A stretch of 64,000 nt of DNA, taken from assembly GCF_009914755.1 (NCBI RefSeq), contig NC_060936.1. One strand, 5' to 3'. A model generated the notes under the pieces. It was given only the letters and a program-made list of their open reading frames with translations, searched no databases and had not been told where the DNA came from. Both the position numbers and the translations under genes were made by a program. This document shows positions 18,104 to 33,921 of this stretch, piece after piece. Position 1 is the stretch's first letter, and every line of letters begins with the position of its first letter. Source of the stretch: the human T2T-CHM13v2.0 reference genome, Homo sapiens.

Positions 18104-19186
18104 CTTCCATGGTTTTCAATACATCCATCTGATCACTGATATTTAAGTCCCACAATACATTCTCCGTGGAGTTGCTGGAGGGATCACTTAGAAAAATAAA
18201 TCAAGCATCATCTCTCCTCCGCTTGAAACCCTCCAGAGCCTTCTCCTTTTGATTAGAACAAAATTCAAACACCAGCCTCGGGGCATGAGCTGACTTGTTC
18301 TTTCATCTTGTATCACCATCTTCCCCTTTGCTCCTTACCTCTCAGTACACTGGCATCTTCATGTGTGCCAACCACAATGAGTCATTTTAGACTGGGATTA
18401 GAACAAAACTTCAATGACAGCCCAGCTCCCCTCTCAGCACTTAAGTCTTCTGGGCACAGGTGTAACATTTTACTTTCTTTTTTCTCTTTTCTGGCATGTT
18501 TCCTACTCTTGTACCTTACACAAGTTTTCTAAATTCAGAATACAAGTGGAATACGGCGTGTAGTAAAATTGCCCTTGAAAACCTCTTAGAATAACTCTAA
18601 AGTATATGGTGCAAAGGGTTTTGTTGCATACATAAGATGTTCCCTGTAATAACTATGCCTCATGAGGGATGAAAGTTACCAAGATACAACAAAGAAAACA
18701 GAAAAGCTACAAGCAGACATTTGTAAAATCAAACCATTCTTCCTTTCACATCACTATCAAATCTTTAGCTGTCAATGAGTGATGGTAAAAATCCCCAGGA
18801 GTCTCAGCCTGCTTTCAGGATTTACTTATTTTCCTTTAACACTTTTAGAGCCTAAGTACATGTTCATAGATTTCCTTGTTGTTAGTATTAAATGAGATCC
18901 CAGGGTAACACCTCACCCACGGATTAAGTATTCATTCCAGCTAATAAATGCACTTGTGATGTTGCAATACGCTCTATAGAAGATGCTCAACACAGGTGGA
19001 GCAGGAAGTTTTGGCCAAACATCAGGATTTTCAAAATAAAGTAACAGACCAAAATGCAGATTTTCAAAGGAATGTCTGAAAATTTGTTCAATAATGCCTA
19101 ATGCTCTTCAACCTTTTTAAAAACATAAAAAATGTCAGGAGGAGGGAGCAGATGGGGAAATCATGGGTTTCAAAAGAGAGGAGATA

Positions 19187-19205
19187 TTACCACCAGGTGG
19201 CAGGA
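19187..19205 (+). promoter_or_regulatory. Candidate CTCF site
   Basis: TTACCACCAGGTGGCAGGA closely matches the CTCF core CCASYAGRKGGCR. Confidence 0.55.
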
Positions 19206-20469
19206 GCGCACCCGTGGTTATCCACTGAACTCTAGCATAGCTACAGACAGAGGAGGTCCCTCACAGCACCAGCTGGTCCAGAGGCTGTGGTGTGTGGCCC
19301 ATCACCCAGATAAAAAGGAGGAGAAGGGAACTCCTGGGTTAGGTGAGACTCACCTGTCCAGGTGATGTTGTCCTGCAGCCCAGTAGGGAGTCTCTGGGTC
19401 AGAGACCTCCAAAGGGCAAGAGCCATCTGGTGGGCTTTAGAGCTCCTAAGTTTGTCGTTATCTATGACTAGCAGATGTTGGATGCAGTTTGCAACGTATA
19501 CAAAGCAGGACAGTTCTAAATGGTTAAATACCAGCTATGTTGGAAACAGTTGGATGCGTAAAAATTTGAATCTGGCTCTGGTATGCTTTTAAATGCTAAT
19601 GTGTCCCAGGCTGCTGTGAAGATGGACACAACCTAGGGGCCAATATCCAGATGCCATTGTAAAAAAATGGAGGAGATTGTAAAGAAAAAAACAAACAACT
19701 CCTCGATGAGCTCTGTAGTTCCTAAAGTGGGGAGAAAGGGGAGATGCTACTTGCTTTATTTACTGCTTGATGGACCCTTGAAGAGCTCGAAACAGGAAGA
19801 CACCATGGATTGTGATATGATCCCTGCCCCAGAGATATGCAGGTCTTAAGGAGGCCTCGTTACCTGTCTGGCGGCAGAGCTGTCTGGGGGCTGCTCTGTG
19901 AGGAGAGACCTGGGTGCTCAGAGTGCCCCAAAACTAAGAAGGCCATGTGTACCTGTACTCCAGGTGTGCCCAGGTCTAAGGAAGCTAGGTCTCTTATTGC
20001 CCAAATAGGGAGACTTTTGAAAGTGAACAGGAGAATATTAATAATTATGCCAAGACACCAGAAATTGCCTGAGACAGTTTTGGGAAAACTGGAATGGATG
20101 TCACCCTACACATGCAGCATGGAAAACCAAGCTGGAGCCTTTGTGAGCGAGCATCTATGTGGGGTGGTTGGCAGGATGAATAGAAGCAGGCAAGGAATTG
20201 GGGGCAGTAAAAGCAAATTATTCCTGAACCAGAGGAATTATCACTGGGGTCCAGCAGGGAACCATTGAGAAATATGTGAAAGTACCCATAAGAGAAAGCA
20301 GCAGCCTCTACTAAGGCCAGAGAGTAAAGCCAGCTTGGGAAGTTAGTGATGCCTCTAGGATCTTTCCTGTCCCCTCCCTCTTTTCTCTCTTATTCAACCC
20401 CTGGAAGGTGTGAAACTGACGGACAGGCTGATGGAAGGGTGGGTGTGGGAAGAGAAGAAAGAGAGAATG

Positions 20470-23156
<2,687 letters not shown>

Positions 23157-24066
23157 TGTATTAGGGCTCTCCAGAGAAGCAGAATCAACAGAACATACCT
23201 GGATATATGTATATATATATTTTTTTTTTGAGACGGAGTTACACTCTTGTTGTCCAAGATGGAGTGCAATGGCATGATCTTGGCTCACCTCCATCTCCAC
23301 CTCCACCTCCACCTCCACCTCCTGGGTTCAAGTGATTCTCCTGCCTCAGCCTCCCAAGTAGCTGGGATTACAGGTATGCGCCACCACACCAGGCTAATTT
23401 TGTATTTTAGTAGAGATGGGGTTTCTCCATGTTGGTCAGGCTGGTCTCGAACTCCAGACCTCAGGTGATCCACCCGCCTTGGCCTCCCGAAATGCTGGGA
23501 TTACAGGTGTAAGCCACGGCGCCCAGCCTATATCTGGATATTTAAGAGGAGATTTATTATGGGAATTGGCTCATGCAGTTTTGGAGGTTAAGTCCCATAA
23601 TATGCGTCTGAAAGCTGGAGAACCAGGGAAGCCAGAGGGGTAGTTAAGTCTGAGTGAGGCTGAAGGCCTGGGAACTAGGGGAGAAGATAGTGTAACTTTC
23701 AATCTAAGCCAAAGGGCTGGGAGGCAGAAGGAGGCTGGGGTGCAGGTGCGACACATATCCGCTGATGAGAGACTCTGGTCTGAGTCCGAAGGGCCAATAC
23801 TAGGAGTTCCAATGTCCAAGAATAGAATAAAGATCTTCCAACTCAAGAAGACTGAATTCATGCCTTCTCCACCTTTTTGTTCTATCTGTGCCCTCAGTGG
23901 ATTGTGTAGTATCACCCCCATTGATGAGGGCAACTTTTCTTAGTCTGCTATTCAAATGCAAATTTCTTCTGGAAATATCTTCACACATGTACCCAGCATA
24001 ACGTTTTACCAGCTATCTGGCAATCCCTTAGCGCAGTCAAGTTGACGCAAAAAATTAACCATCACG
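23157..24066 (-). mobile_element. ERVL solo LTR (MLT2B-like) containing an Alu
   Basis: TGTATTAGGGCTCTCCAGAGA ... AAAATTAACCATCAC ends; 5-bp TSD AGAAA (23152-23156 / 24067-24071). Confidence 0.85.
23220..23528 (-). mobile_element. AluSp-like with a (CCACCT)n expansion
   Basis: AluSp diagnostics; CTGGATAT flanking duplication. Confidence 0.9.
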
Positions 24067-24989
24067 AGAAAGAATAACCCAGAAAACGAGCTGATTAACT
24101 ATGAGAAGTGGGGAGAAGGAGGTAGAAGGAACATCATACATGTTCAAAAGTTAAAGTTAATGTTATATGTATTCAAAAGTAAAATTAAATCTATAGGAAT
24201 GATGAAGGGAAAAACAACATTTCAAGCAGGCTAAAACAAATGAACCTAATTGCATTTCAAATGAATACTGTCCTTACAGGGAAACTGGGGGAAAGGGAGG
24301 GAAGGAAGAGGACAGGAAGGAGACATAGGAATCAAACCAAGCAAAATATTAATCTGGGCAAAAGTGTACAGTTAGGATTTTTGTACATGATTTCTTTTTG
24401 AATATTTTTATTAATCCAAAGTATTTTCCCAATTAGAAAGGTAAAAAAGAAAAAAAATTAAAAAGACCAACAACTAAAACAAAACAATGCTGCCGAGACC
24501 TGGCTTCTGCTCTTGCTCTCAGCCTGGGGTTTCGCCTGGCAGCAGGGCTGCTTTGTGTTTGAAACCCTAGCAAGGCTTCTCTGATGAGACCTGCCCACAT
24601 TGCTACTGCAGGAGACCTCCACTTTTAGCAATGGCTGTTATTACAGAACAATGCCTGGAGACATTTAGACTTCTAGAAATTTTGTTGTCTTTCTTTTGAC
24701 AACTCAGCTCTCACTCTAAGAACAAGTGAGGCAAAGATTAGGAAACAAAGAAAATAAAAAGAAAGCAAGAAAAAACAATCCACATACTTTCTTGAGTTTT
24801 TGCTCCATTTGTCTGCATAGCTTGCATCATTCACATGTCCAAATCAAAGTTACTTTAACTCAAAATAAATCAGTGAGTGATTTATGATTGTTTTTGCATA
24901 CAGAAAGAAACAAAGCAATGTTTTTCCAAAATATGTCTTGTTTTCACTTTGTTCCACAATGCATTATGGTAATATTGCAATATGTCTTA

Positions 24990-25170
24990 AGATAATACCT
25001 ACATTTTGAGCACCTATTTTGAACACTTTATGTCACTTAATCTTCAGAATCACCCTATACTTTATGTATTAGTATTGTTATCCCATTTTATAGATAAAGA
25101 AATGGAAGCTAAAATATACCAACTACTTATTCAAGGTCAAAAGCAAAACCAGGATTGTCTCATTTGGAAG
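24990..25170 (-). mobile_element. MIR SINE
   Basis: ATCCCATTTTATAGATAAAGAAATGGAAGCT core motif. Confidence 0.6.
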
Positions 25171-26469
25171 ACTACACCTTCATCTACTGCACGATTTTCC
25201 CTTCCAACCATTTTAGTTAAAAGAAAAGAACAATGTCTCACTAACTCAAACCAGTTTCCACTTCTATGGTACATTCTAGTTCTTTTGATTTGGGACATTC
25301 TGCATTTTTATCTAGATTTTGGTTCACAGAATTGCTCCCAAATAAAATTTTAAAATATTAACATTGTTTAGTTAAACAGAGTGAGATTAAAAGTGGATAT
25401 AGAGTTTCACCAGTGGAGAAAACAATGTTTATCATTGTAGGCTTCTATTTTCTACTTCTTTCTTTCTGCCAGTGTGTGAATGCGTGGAGACACACACACA
25501 CAATTGACCCACGGCTTGGCTCAGTGTCATTTAGACTCCTTTCTTCCACAAAGATCATCCTGTTAAAATCAGAACTGAAGGTTTGCACGAGCCCAATTTC
25601 AAACTGACAGAAAATAATGGGCTCCTTTGCACACCCATTAAATAAGAGCAAATATATGAAAACAGAGTGTCTTGAATTTTATAGGTGGTGGATAATCGTG
25701 AGTTGATCCCTGTGATCTTCTCCTGGTAGTTTCTGTACTTGGATGATGGTCAAGTTCTGATAATATTCTGATGACAGAAGAATGGGTTTTGAGCCTGCAA
25801 ATTCGCCCACCCACATTGCCCCTCTCATCTACAGGAACCTTCCATGCTTTTTCCAAAATTGTGTCCCAAATAAAGAACAGTAAAAAAAAAAAAGCGTTTG
25901 TTTTTTATTTTGTTTTTTGTTTTTAAGGACATCCAAATATTTTATCCAGGAATCATAATCACCATCAGTGCAATTAGGTATATATTTAAGCTTCTGGCTG
26001 TGATAAATGACATCTGAGGTCATTTCAAGATGAGTCATTCCAAGTTGCCTGCAAATACAAATCTCAAGGTGCCACCTGGAAGGGCTGTGCTGTCCAAACT
26101 GAGAGATGTAGTTTTAAAAGGCCAGCCAAGCTCCCATTTATTAATGAATCCACGCATCCGTGGATCTCCACAGGGGAATAAGTCACACAGAGCATTCCAC
26201 CAGCTAGGCTGCTCAGCCAGGAGAACATTTTACTTAGAATTATGAATGCTAGGCTTTCACTGAACAGTTAGAAAATGTACAAAAGTGTCATGTGTCTCTA
26301 ATAGAGCAGAGGAGCAGCTGCTCCTCTTGGAAAGGGACCCTGGCTTTCCAGTTAACCAGTAGTCGCCACTCAGTATTGTCTCACACAAGCTCACTTCACT
26401 CATTGTTGTGTGTCACCTTCCTGGCTCATGGGGGCATTTGACCTATATTTCAATGCCTTACAAAACTCT

Positions 26470-27060
26470 GATGAACAGATTCCAGAAACACATATTTAGC
26501 ACAGTATTTGCTAGGCATTCTGAGAAATAATAAAAAAGACCCTGCTCCCATGTAACAGGAAAGAAAGGTGACATATATACATTACAGCAATAGAAGATAA
26601 AAGTCAAAAAGAATGGCAAGAGAGACACAAAATTATTGGAAAACATTTTTTTCACTAGAGAGGAATATTGGGAAAAGATTCATGCATGCAGTGCCATGCA
26701 AGTCAGGCTCTGAAAGAGACACAGATTTGGAGATGCAAGGAGAGAGAATAGATGCACAGACTGGAGGAAACAATCATGGAAACAATGATGAGGGTTGCTC
26801 AGGAAATAGTGAGATGCTGCAGCTTTCAGAGACACAGTATATGGGAGAGACTGAAGGAAGGCAAGAGGGGGAAGCTGAGTTGGAACTGATGGTGAAGATC
26901 ATGAAATGCCACGCCAGTAGGTCCAATCTTATTCCATATGCATTGGGGGAACCTTGAGCTGGGTGTGACATGATCTGAGCTCTGTCTTAGAAAGGATTTT
27001 GTGGCAGAGAGGAGAGTAATTTAAAGGGAGACACAGATGGCCCAGAAAGAATGATTAGGA
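26470..27060 (-). mobile_element. L2 fossil
   Basis: Degenerate L2 3' region and purine-rich body, interrupted by the following MLT1. Confidence 0.5.
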
Positions 27061-27063
27061 GAT

Positions 27064-27551
27064 GATATTAGTTTCTTATCACTGCTATACAAATGACCAC
27101 AACCACAGTGGCTTAAAACACATTTATTGCTCTATCATGCTGGAGGTCAGAATTCTCAAAATGAAGGTGTCAGCAAGACAGCATCCCCACCAGGGCTCTA
27201 GGAGAGAAATCCTTTTCCTGCCTCTTCCGACTTCTAGAGGCTGCCTGCACTCCTTGGCTCGGAGTAGAGTCCTCCATCTTCAAGGCCAAAAGAGTCAAAT
27301 GTCTCCCTCTCTTCCTCTTTCTCCCTATCCCTTCCTTTCACCTCTGCACCCACTGTCACATATTTGTCTTGTTCTCATACTCCCGTCTCCTTCTTTTGAT
27401 TATATTTAGTACTTGCTTGGATAATCCATAATAATTTCCCCATCTCGAAATCCTTACCTCCAGCACACCTGCAAAGTCTCTTGTGCCAGGAGACAGGTCC
27501 CATGGATTAGGACGTAGATACTGTTGGGGACCAAAGATTCTGTCTACCAGA
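27064..27551 (-). mobile_element. MaLR solo LTR (MLT1D-like)
   Basis: AGTGGCTTAAAACA, CTGCAAAGTC and TTCTGTCTACCA hallmarks. Confidence 0.7.
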
Positions 27552-29260
27552 GACAAAAGCCACAGACCAGAAGGAGGCAGTGCTATCTGCAGTAAGGCAA
27601 AAAGAGTACACACAGGGATGGGGCTCAGCCCCACTGCCTCCTTTCCCTCTGTTCTGTACCTAGGGGTACACAGAGGAGATGAGGGCTCACAGTTGTGTGT
27701 ACTGAATCCAAAAGGATTCTTCTTAAAAATAGCAGGAACGCCACTCGAATGCCTTCAGCAAAAAGTGGTAATTAATCAACTATTAATCAGCTCACAGTTG
27801 ATTAATGAATTAATCAGAATGAATCAGTTGTCACTGGGAAGACCAGGGTTAGTGCACCCCTTGGTTCCTCGATTAGATTATCAGTGAGCTTGTCTCCTCT
27901 CTCAGTGTGTCTTTCCTTGTATGGGCTTCATTCTCAAGCAAACCCTCTCCATTGGTGATGTTTAGGAGCTCCACATCTACACTGACACAGCTCCATCACC
28001 CCAATAGAGAGGTGCCACATTCTTCCCAACAATCCCAATAGAAGGCTCCTGCTGAGCCTCATTGGGTAAACTTAGGGCATGTTCCCATCTCTGACCTAAT
28101 TGGTCTTAGCAGGAGAGAATTTACTGACTGGTCAGGTCTGTCACAGGCTCACTCCTAAAGCAGGGAGGTGGGGAAGAATCACCCACTATTTACAGACACT
28201 GCTTAGAGGAGGAAAGACATTCTTAGTAGAACATTATGGTGGTATCATCAGAAGAGGAAAGGAAAGGAAGCCATAAACAGCAGATATCTACTTACTGGAC
28301 AACAGAAGAAACAAAACAAGATAAAGCACTTCCCAAGGGTTCTTTTCTGGGTGCTGAATTCTAATTCTCTTCCACCTGTCTGTGCCTAAATAGAGAGGGG
28401 AGCCTCAGGCACATCAGGTGGTCTTGTGCCTGCATCCCACTGCCTTGTTTGGGATTACAGTTTCCTGTTAGCCTATTTTATTTAATTATCTCAGTTCATA
28501 TGCTTTCAGCAGGAGTTTAAAATAAATTTACAACAGAGCACTTTCATTCCAGCCAAGCCACAAGGCCTGCTGACAACTCTTTAATTGAAAAAGTGTTTTC
28601 AATTTTCAAAGAGACCTGGGATTATATTGAAAAATGATCCTGCTCTTCTGTCATTGCCATTACACTGTATCACCAGACAGGTCCATAAACACTGATTTGA
28701 CGTTAGAAATGTTTGATAATGTTGGCCAGGAGCTACATTATTCATACACAAACAAATACATACTTATATCAATAATGTATACAAATAGATTTCTTCCTCT
28801 AAATTATATTTAGTGACTTAGTAGTTGGTCCATAAGACACATTCGGTCATAAAAAAATTTTAATGTTGCTGCTAAGGATGTGAGGACACGGTTAGGTCAA
28901 CAATGGTGTGCCCATTAAATGACATATTTTTCAGCAGTTAAAAAGCCACTTCCAAAAGCTTACCAGAAAATGTTTCTGAGCTATATTTTATACTTAAAAT
29001 GCTGATAAATATGAAAATATATGTATTAATATATCACAAGGCTCAAAGTTAAAATGTTGAAAAGGATTTACAATGAACATTGTTCTACCATTCCTGTCAT
29101 TCGGCTCCCTAGTTCCTCGCCCAAACAATTGTTTCCTTTTTTTGTGTGTCCTAACAATGTGTTTACATAAGCAGATATATTTATATATGTGTGTATTTAT
29201 GGGTACATACATTTATATATGTATGTGTATTTGTATGTTATAAAATTATATTTACATAGA

Positions 29261-29623
29261 CAGGTGACCTTAAAACAACACACAGCTATGCACTGTGCAG
29301 GTCCACTTACAAGTGAGTTTTTTTCCATAAACATATTACAAAATGATCTGGAGATTTTCAGCAATCTGGAAAAACTCAGAAACCACGTCACCAATAAATA
29401 GCAAAACAAAATAAGAAAAAGTTAGGTACGTCATGAATGCATAAAATATACATAGATACCAGTCTATTTATGTGTTAATCAACTGTTGATGTTATCAGTA
29501 AGGCTTTTGGTCAACAGAAGGCTGTTGGTAGTTAGGTTTTGAAAGAGTTGAAAATTATGTGCGGATTTACTGCCATGTGGGGAGTTGGTGCTTCTGACCC
29601 CTACATTGGTCAAGGGTCACCTG
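29261..29623. mobile_element. Tigger2a-like non-autonomous DNA transposon (TcMar-Tigger)
   Basis: Terminal inverted repeats CAGGTGACC...GGTCACCTG; GGTCCACTTA and GTAAGGCTTTTGGTCAACAG internal motifs. Confidence 0.8.
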
Positions 29624-29949
29624 CATCAGTATGAGTAGTTGCATGTGTGTGCATTCTGAAACACTATGGTAATAGAAGAAAAGGAAAGTGTGGAAGAGCA
29701 GATATGATAGGTTCCAATTTGTGTGAAAGAGGAAAAATCTAAATATATGTAGGTTTGTAGATATAGTTGCTATTTAGAAGGACATAAAGTAATGGAATAA
29801 GAGAGAAAAAATAATTTGAGCTGTTTACATTTTGCAGTTTTTTTAAATGTCTGTTACATGCACATATAAAAGTTTAATGAAAAATCTATTTTTCAAGGCT
29901 TTGATATTCATGACATTTCTTCCACTTATAAACAGTGTCTTTCTCTTTC

Positions 29950-30393
29950 CTAGAGTCTGGCTGGCCTGGAACGTGCCATGACTGTACAATATGATAGGAG
30001 GGAGACTGTACCAGCTCCAAGCCAGCTTTTCTGATACCTGCAGCTTCTGATTCCTCTGGAGGAGAAGTCAGCTACTAGGTAAGAAGTCAACTCACACTGA
30101 GGCCGCCATGCAGGGAGGAAGCCTAAGCCAGCCCAGTGGGGAGGCCATGTGGTGGACAACTGAGGAACCCAGTGGACAGGGCAAATTGAGACCCCAGACA
30201 TGAAACCAGCTGAGTCATCCCAGTCCTTTGTATGATTGCAGCCACGGCTCCCATTATTGTGGCTCAGAGATGATCCATATCCCCTCTCCCCTGAGCAAAT
30301 TCTCATCCAAAGAATCATGAGGAACTAAAATGGTTGTTCTTTCATGTTACTATGTTTAGAGGTGGTTTGTTCCATTACAATAGACAGCTGAAG
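29950..30393 (+). mobile_element. MaLR LTR (MLT1H/J-like)
   Basis: GCCATGTGG...AACTGAGG and AGAATCATGAG...TGGTTTGTT...CAATAGA 3' end. Confidence 0.6.
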
Positions 30394-30949
30394 CAAGCAT
30401 GCAGAACCTTACTTTCCAGAAATGGAGAAGGACAGTGGAGGGTTTGTGTGGATGAGAAGCAAACACAAGTATTTCTTTCCCTTTGTGGCTGAGAAGTATT
30501 GCAGGTGCAATTTTAAAAGCCCCATGGATAAACAGCTCATGTAGGTCCAGGTCCAGGCTTTGAATGCACTACAGTTCCCTTGTTGGAAGCACCAGCCTCA
30601 AAGCGAATAAAGCAAATGTATTGATCACCCTGTATGCCACTGAGTGACATGGAAGGTTTTAACAAGAGACCATCTCCTCTACCTCACTGTGAACTGAAGA
30701 AAGACAAACCACAACTCCTTGGAACTTCATTTTCCCCTAGTATGGAGACATTCTTATCCTGGGACAACTCCACTGTCTTATTGAAAGCATCAAATAAGAT
30801 AACTCTGGGTGAAAGTGTTTTATACACTGTAAAGTGTCGTACAGACCTGGTGACTTTCTAGATCCTATTTTGAAGAAAAAACAATTATTCAGACCTTGAA
30901 TTACAGCAGAACTAAGAAATAGGAGGTAGGCTGGCATAAGACCTAAGAT

Positions 30950-31170
30950 TGTGTGTGTGCAGAGCAACGGTCTGGGCTGACACCTTGGCTCTTCTATTTA
31001 TTTCCTGCGTGGCCTGAAGAATGTGACTTTATTTCTCTGTACCTTACTTTGCTTATCTATAAAATAAGGATGATAATACCCACCTCTCATCATGCCATAA
31101 AACTTACATAAGAAAATACCTGTGAAGTGCTTCAAACAATGCCTGGCACATAGCAATTGTGCTGCTATTT
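30950..31170 (+). mobile_element. MIR SINE
   Basis: ATCTATAAAATAAGGATGATAATACCCACCTC and ACAATGCCTGGCACATAG. Confidence 0.65.
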
Positions 31171-32909
31171 TAACTATAATAATAATTTAAGGCTTTCAAT
31201 ATCTTTATGGTCCTCCAAACACTTTGTTCTGACAACAGAGTGGTTGTCATAAAATTTAAAACTTGGAATGACCTTACTATTGATTAATCTAACCCAACCC
31301 TCTCCCGGTATCATCAATAGCCTCATCAATCGCCCCTCATGCTTGCACATTTTCTGAAATGGGAACTCACTGTCTCCCTGGTAGCCTCTATCCTTGTTGT
31401 GGGGCTCTGATAATTTGCTTCAAGTAAGTGTCCAACACTGAAGTTGCTGAGTCAGACGGCATATTCACTTACAAGCCTTTCAATTCTAATTCCCAATGTG
31501 TCCTTAAGAAAGGTGATATTCATATACAGTACTACTCATAAAGTGCCCAATTCAACACAACCTGAAGCAAGGAGAGTTGGATTAAAAGCCACTTTCTAAT
31601 TTGATCAACAGAACAATAACTATTCTTCTTTCCTATTTTATATTCATTATAGTACTAATGAAACTAAGTATTTTTTCTCAAATATTTACTGCCTTACTTT
31701 TTCCATTTTGACTTGCCTGTTAATGTCCTTTATCTATTTATTTGATGCATTTGCTTTTACCTTGATTAATTTATAGATTCCCTGTCTTAAGCATACTCGT
31801 TCTTTGTTAAAAAGTTTGAAAATAGTTTTCCCAACATGTCATTTAAATTTTAGTTTTGATTTTGGTCTAATGTGATAAACAGATATTTTAAACTGTTTTG
31901 TAGCTAAGTTATTTTTTATGGTTTATTCTTTAGCTTGTATGATACAGAAGCCTTCCTTGCCTATACATCACATCAATATTCACTTCTGGGTTTCTCTCTG
32001 CTCATTATAGGGGATTTCATTTTGACATGACAACTAATGCATTTTGTGGCACTAAAGCCCATAAGGTTATCCTTCTCTCATTCCATTAAGACCAGGGGGT
32101 CTTTATTGCTTCACAAAGGAAGGGCAGTTAAAAGGGAAATAAGACACGGAAATATGGGAGTGTGTGTCGCTGAGAAGGGTCCCGCTTTCAGCCTTCTATC
32201 TTCCCTCAACAATCCTGAGCCTTTACCTGGTATGTCCCAGGACAGAAACAGAGTCCTGCTGTCTTTCCCAGGGAATGTCATGGAGGGGTGCCAAGGCTTC
32301 AATAATTTGTTCTAAAAATGGCTTTGGAGAAAGATGTCATGATGTGTTTTTAGCTAGTTGCGCCTGAGACAGCTACAGACTTTAATCTCATCAAGTGCAG
32401 TGACTGGAGCAGCCAAATATTTTTCATAAGAAAAATGGGCAAGAAATGACTGCAAGAAAGCCCAGGAGGTATATGCTTTCTCATCAGGGCAAAGACTGAA
32501 TCCTCAGCACTGTCTAAGCTGTCACATAATACATAGACATAAGTCCTGGACCATTACCAGAGAGAGACACAGAGATGACTGAGAAAACTTAAAATAAAAA
32601 AAAAAAGATTAAAAGAGCCCCATCAGGTCAATACCTAGATGTCGGCCTTGTGAGACTGAACAGAGAACCTCGTCATGTCTGCCTGGACTTCTGGCCCCCA
32701 GAACCACGAGCTCATAAATTGTAAGCCTCCAAATTTACGGTAAGATCTTAGACAGTATAGAAAACTAATATATAAGTTATTTTATAATGGCTTGACAAGT
32801 TGAGGAAGCATTTGCTGTACATCTCACATGAGCTACTTTAGTAGAGCAATACACAGCACTGTCTGATCTCTCTCTCTCTTTTTCAAACACACACACACAC
32901 ACATAATTG

Positions 32910-33440
32910 ATGCAATGCGTGTGTGATGTAACTCCATTATAGGAAAAGAAGGTCTACCTATTTAGAAGCAAGCCTACCCAGAATCCAGATGTTGATTTTT
33001 AATACCATTCTCCCATGAAAAGAACCACAGTTTCCTGGGAAAATGACTGATTCTAGGACTGAGACAGAGAATATGTAAAATGAGGCTGGAGCATCTTGTT
33101 GTGCCAGAACGTAAGGAAGTGCTCAAAAGAAAAAAAAAATCATTGTTGGGGGTATGCAAAGGTACAAACTGAAAGCGTTCTCAGCAGCCAGTGCTAGACA
33201 AATTCATGCAACAAAATAAATAAAATACTTTTGGGTAACCCAAAGTACAAAGAAAATATTCATGAGACATCTTGACATAAATGCTTAAATCAATCAATAG
33301 AAGAGAAGAAACAAGTCTCTTGTGTAGAATAATTCCAGGTAATTTATGTAGATTGTCTGCCCTCAAGGAGGTTCAGCATAACTCATCAGTCCTTCAGTGA
33401 GGACTGGACCTAAATAACCATAGCCATGGTGACATGTCAG
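32910..33440 (+). mobile_element. L1MC-like 3' fossil
   Basis: AATACCATTCTCC...AAAAGAACCA...GAAAATGACTGATTCTAGGACTG...GGAGCATCTTG motifs. Confidence 0.6.
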
Positions 33441-33921
33441 GACAGTTAGTTCTTTTTCATCCTCATTTAGCAAGAGCCCAAATTGTTCTCATCTGTTTCC
33501 CATGGCTTCATGGAGTAAAAAAATAAAATTCTAAATATGAGTTTCTTCTCTGCCGTCACTATTAGCATCACTAGTACATACCCTATATGCAATGCTTCAA
33601 AGAGGGTTTTTCCCTGTGAGCTTCTGTGGTAGGGAATTTCATTCTCACCATTTTACGATCCAGGAAAGTAAGGTGTGGTTAGAGACACTCGTTGCAAGGT
33701 AACTCAGATATTAAGTAGTTGACTTGTGGTTTTCTGGTGGAGGGAAGACCTACCTGTCCCCAGTCCCTCCACACATTGGTTAGGATGCTGAGACCAGTGT
33801 TGAGATTGTTGATCCAAAAATGCACATAAAATGTATGTAACAGTTTATTAGTCATAACTGGGACTTTTGGGGACAGCAGGATTGTTCCTAGTACCAATGG
33901 AGCCCATGGCTTGAGTGGAGC

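Noticed and set aside
19837-20268. 143-aa ORF
   Set aside because: No recognisable homology or clear exon context; the region is more likely a degenerate LTR or non-coding DNA.
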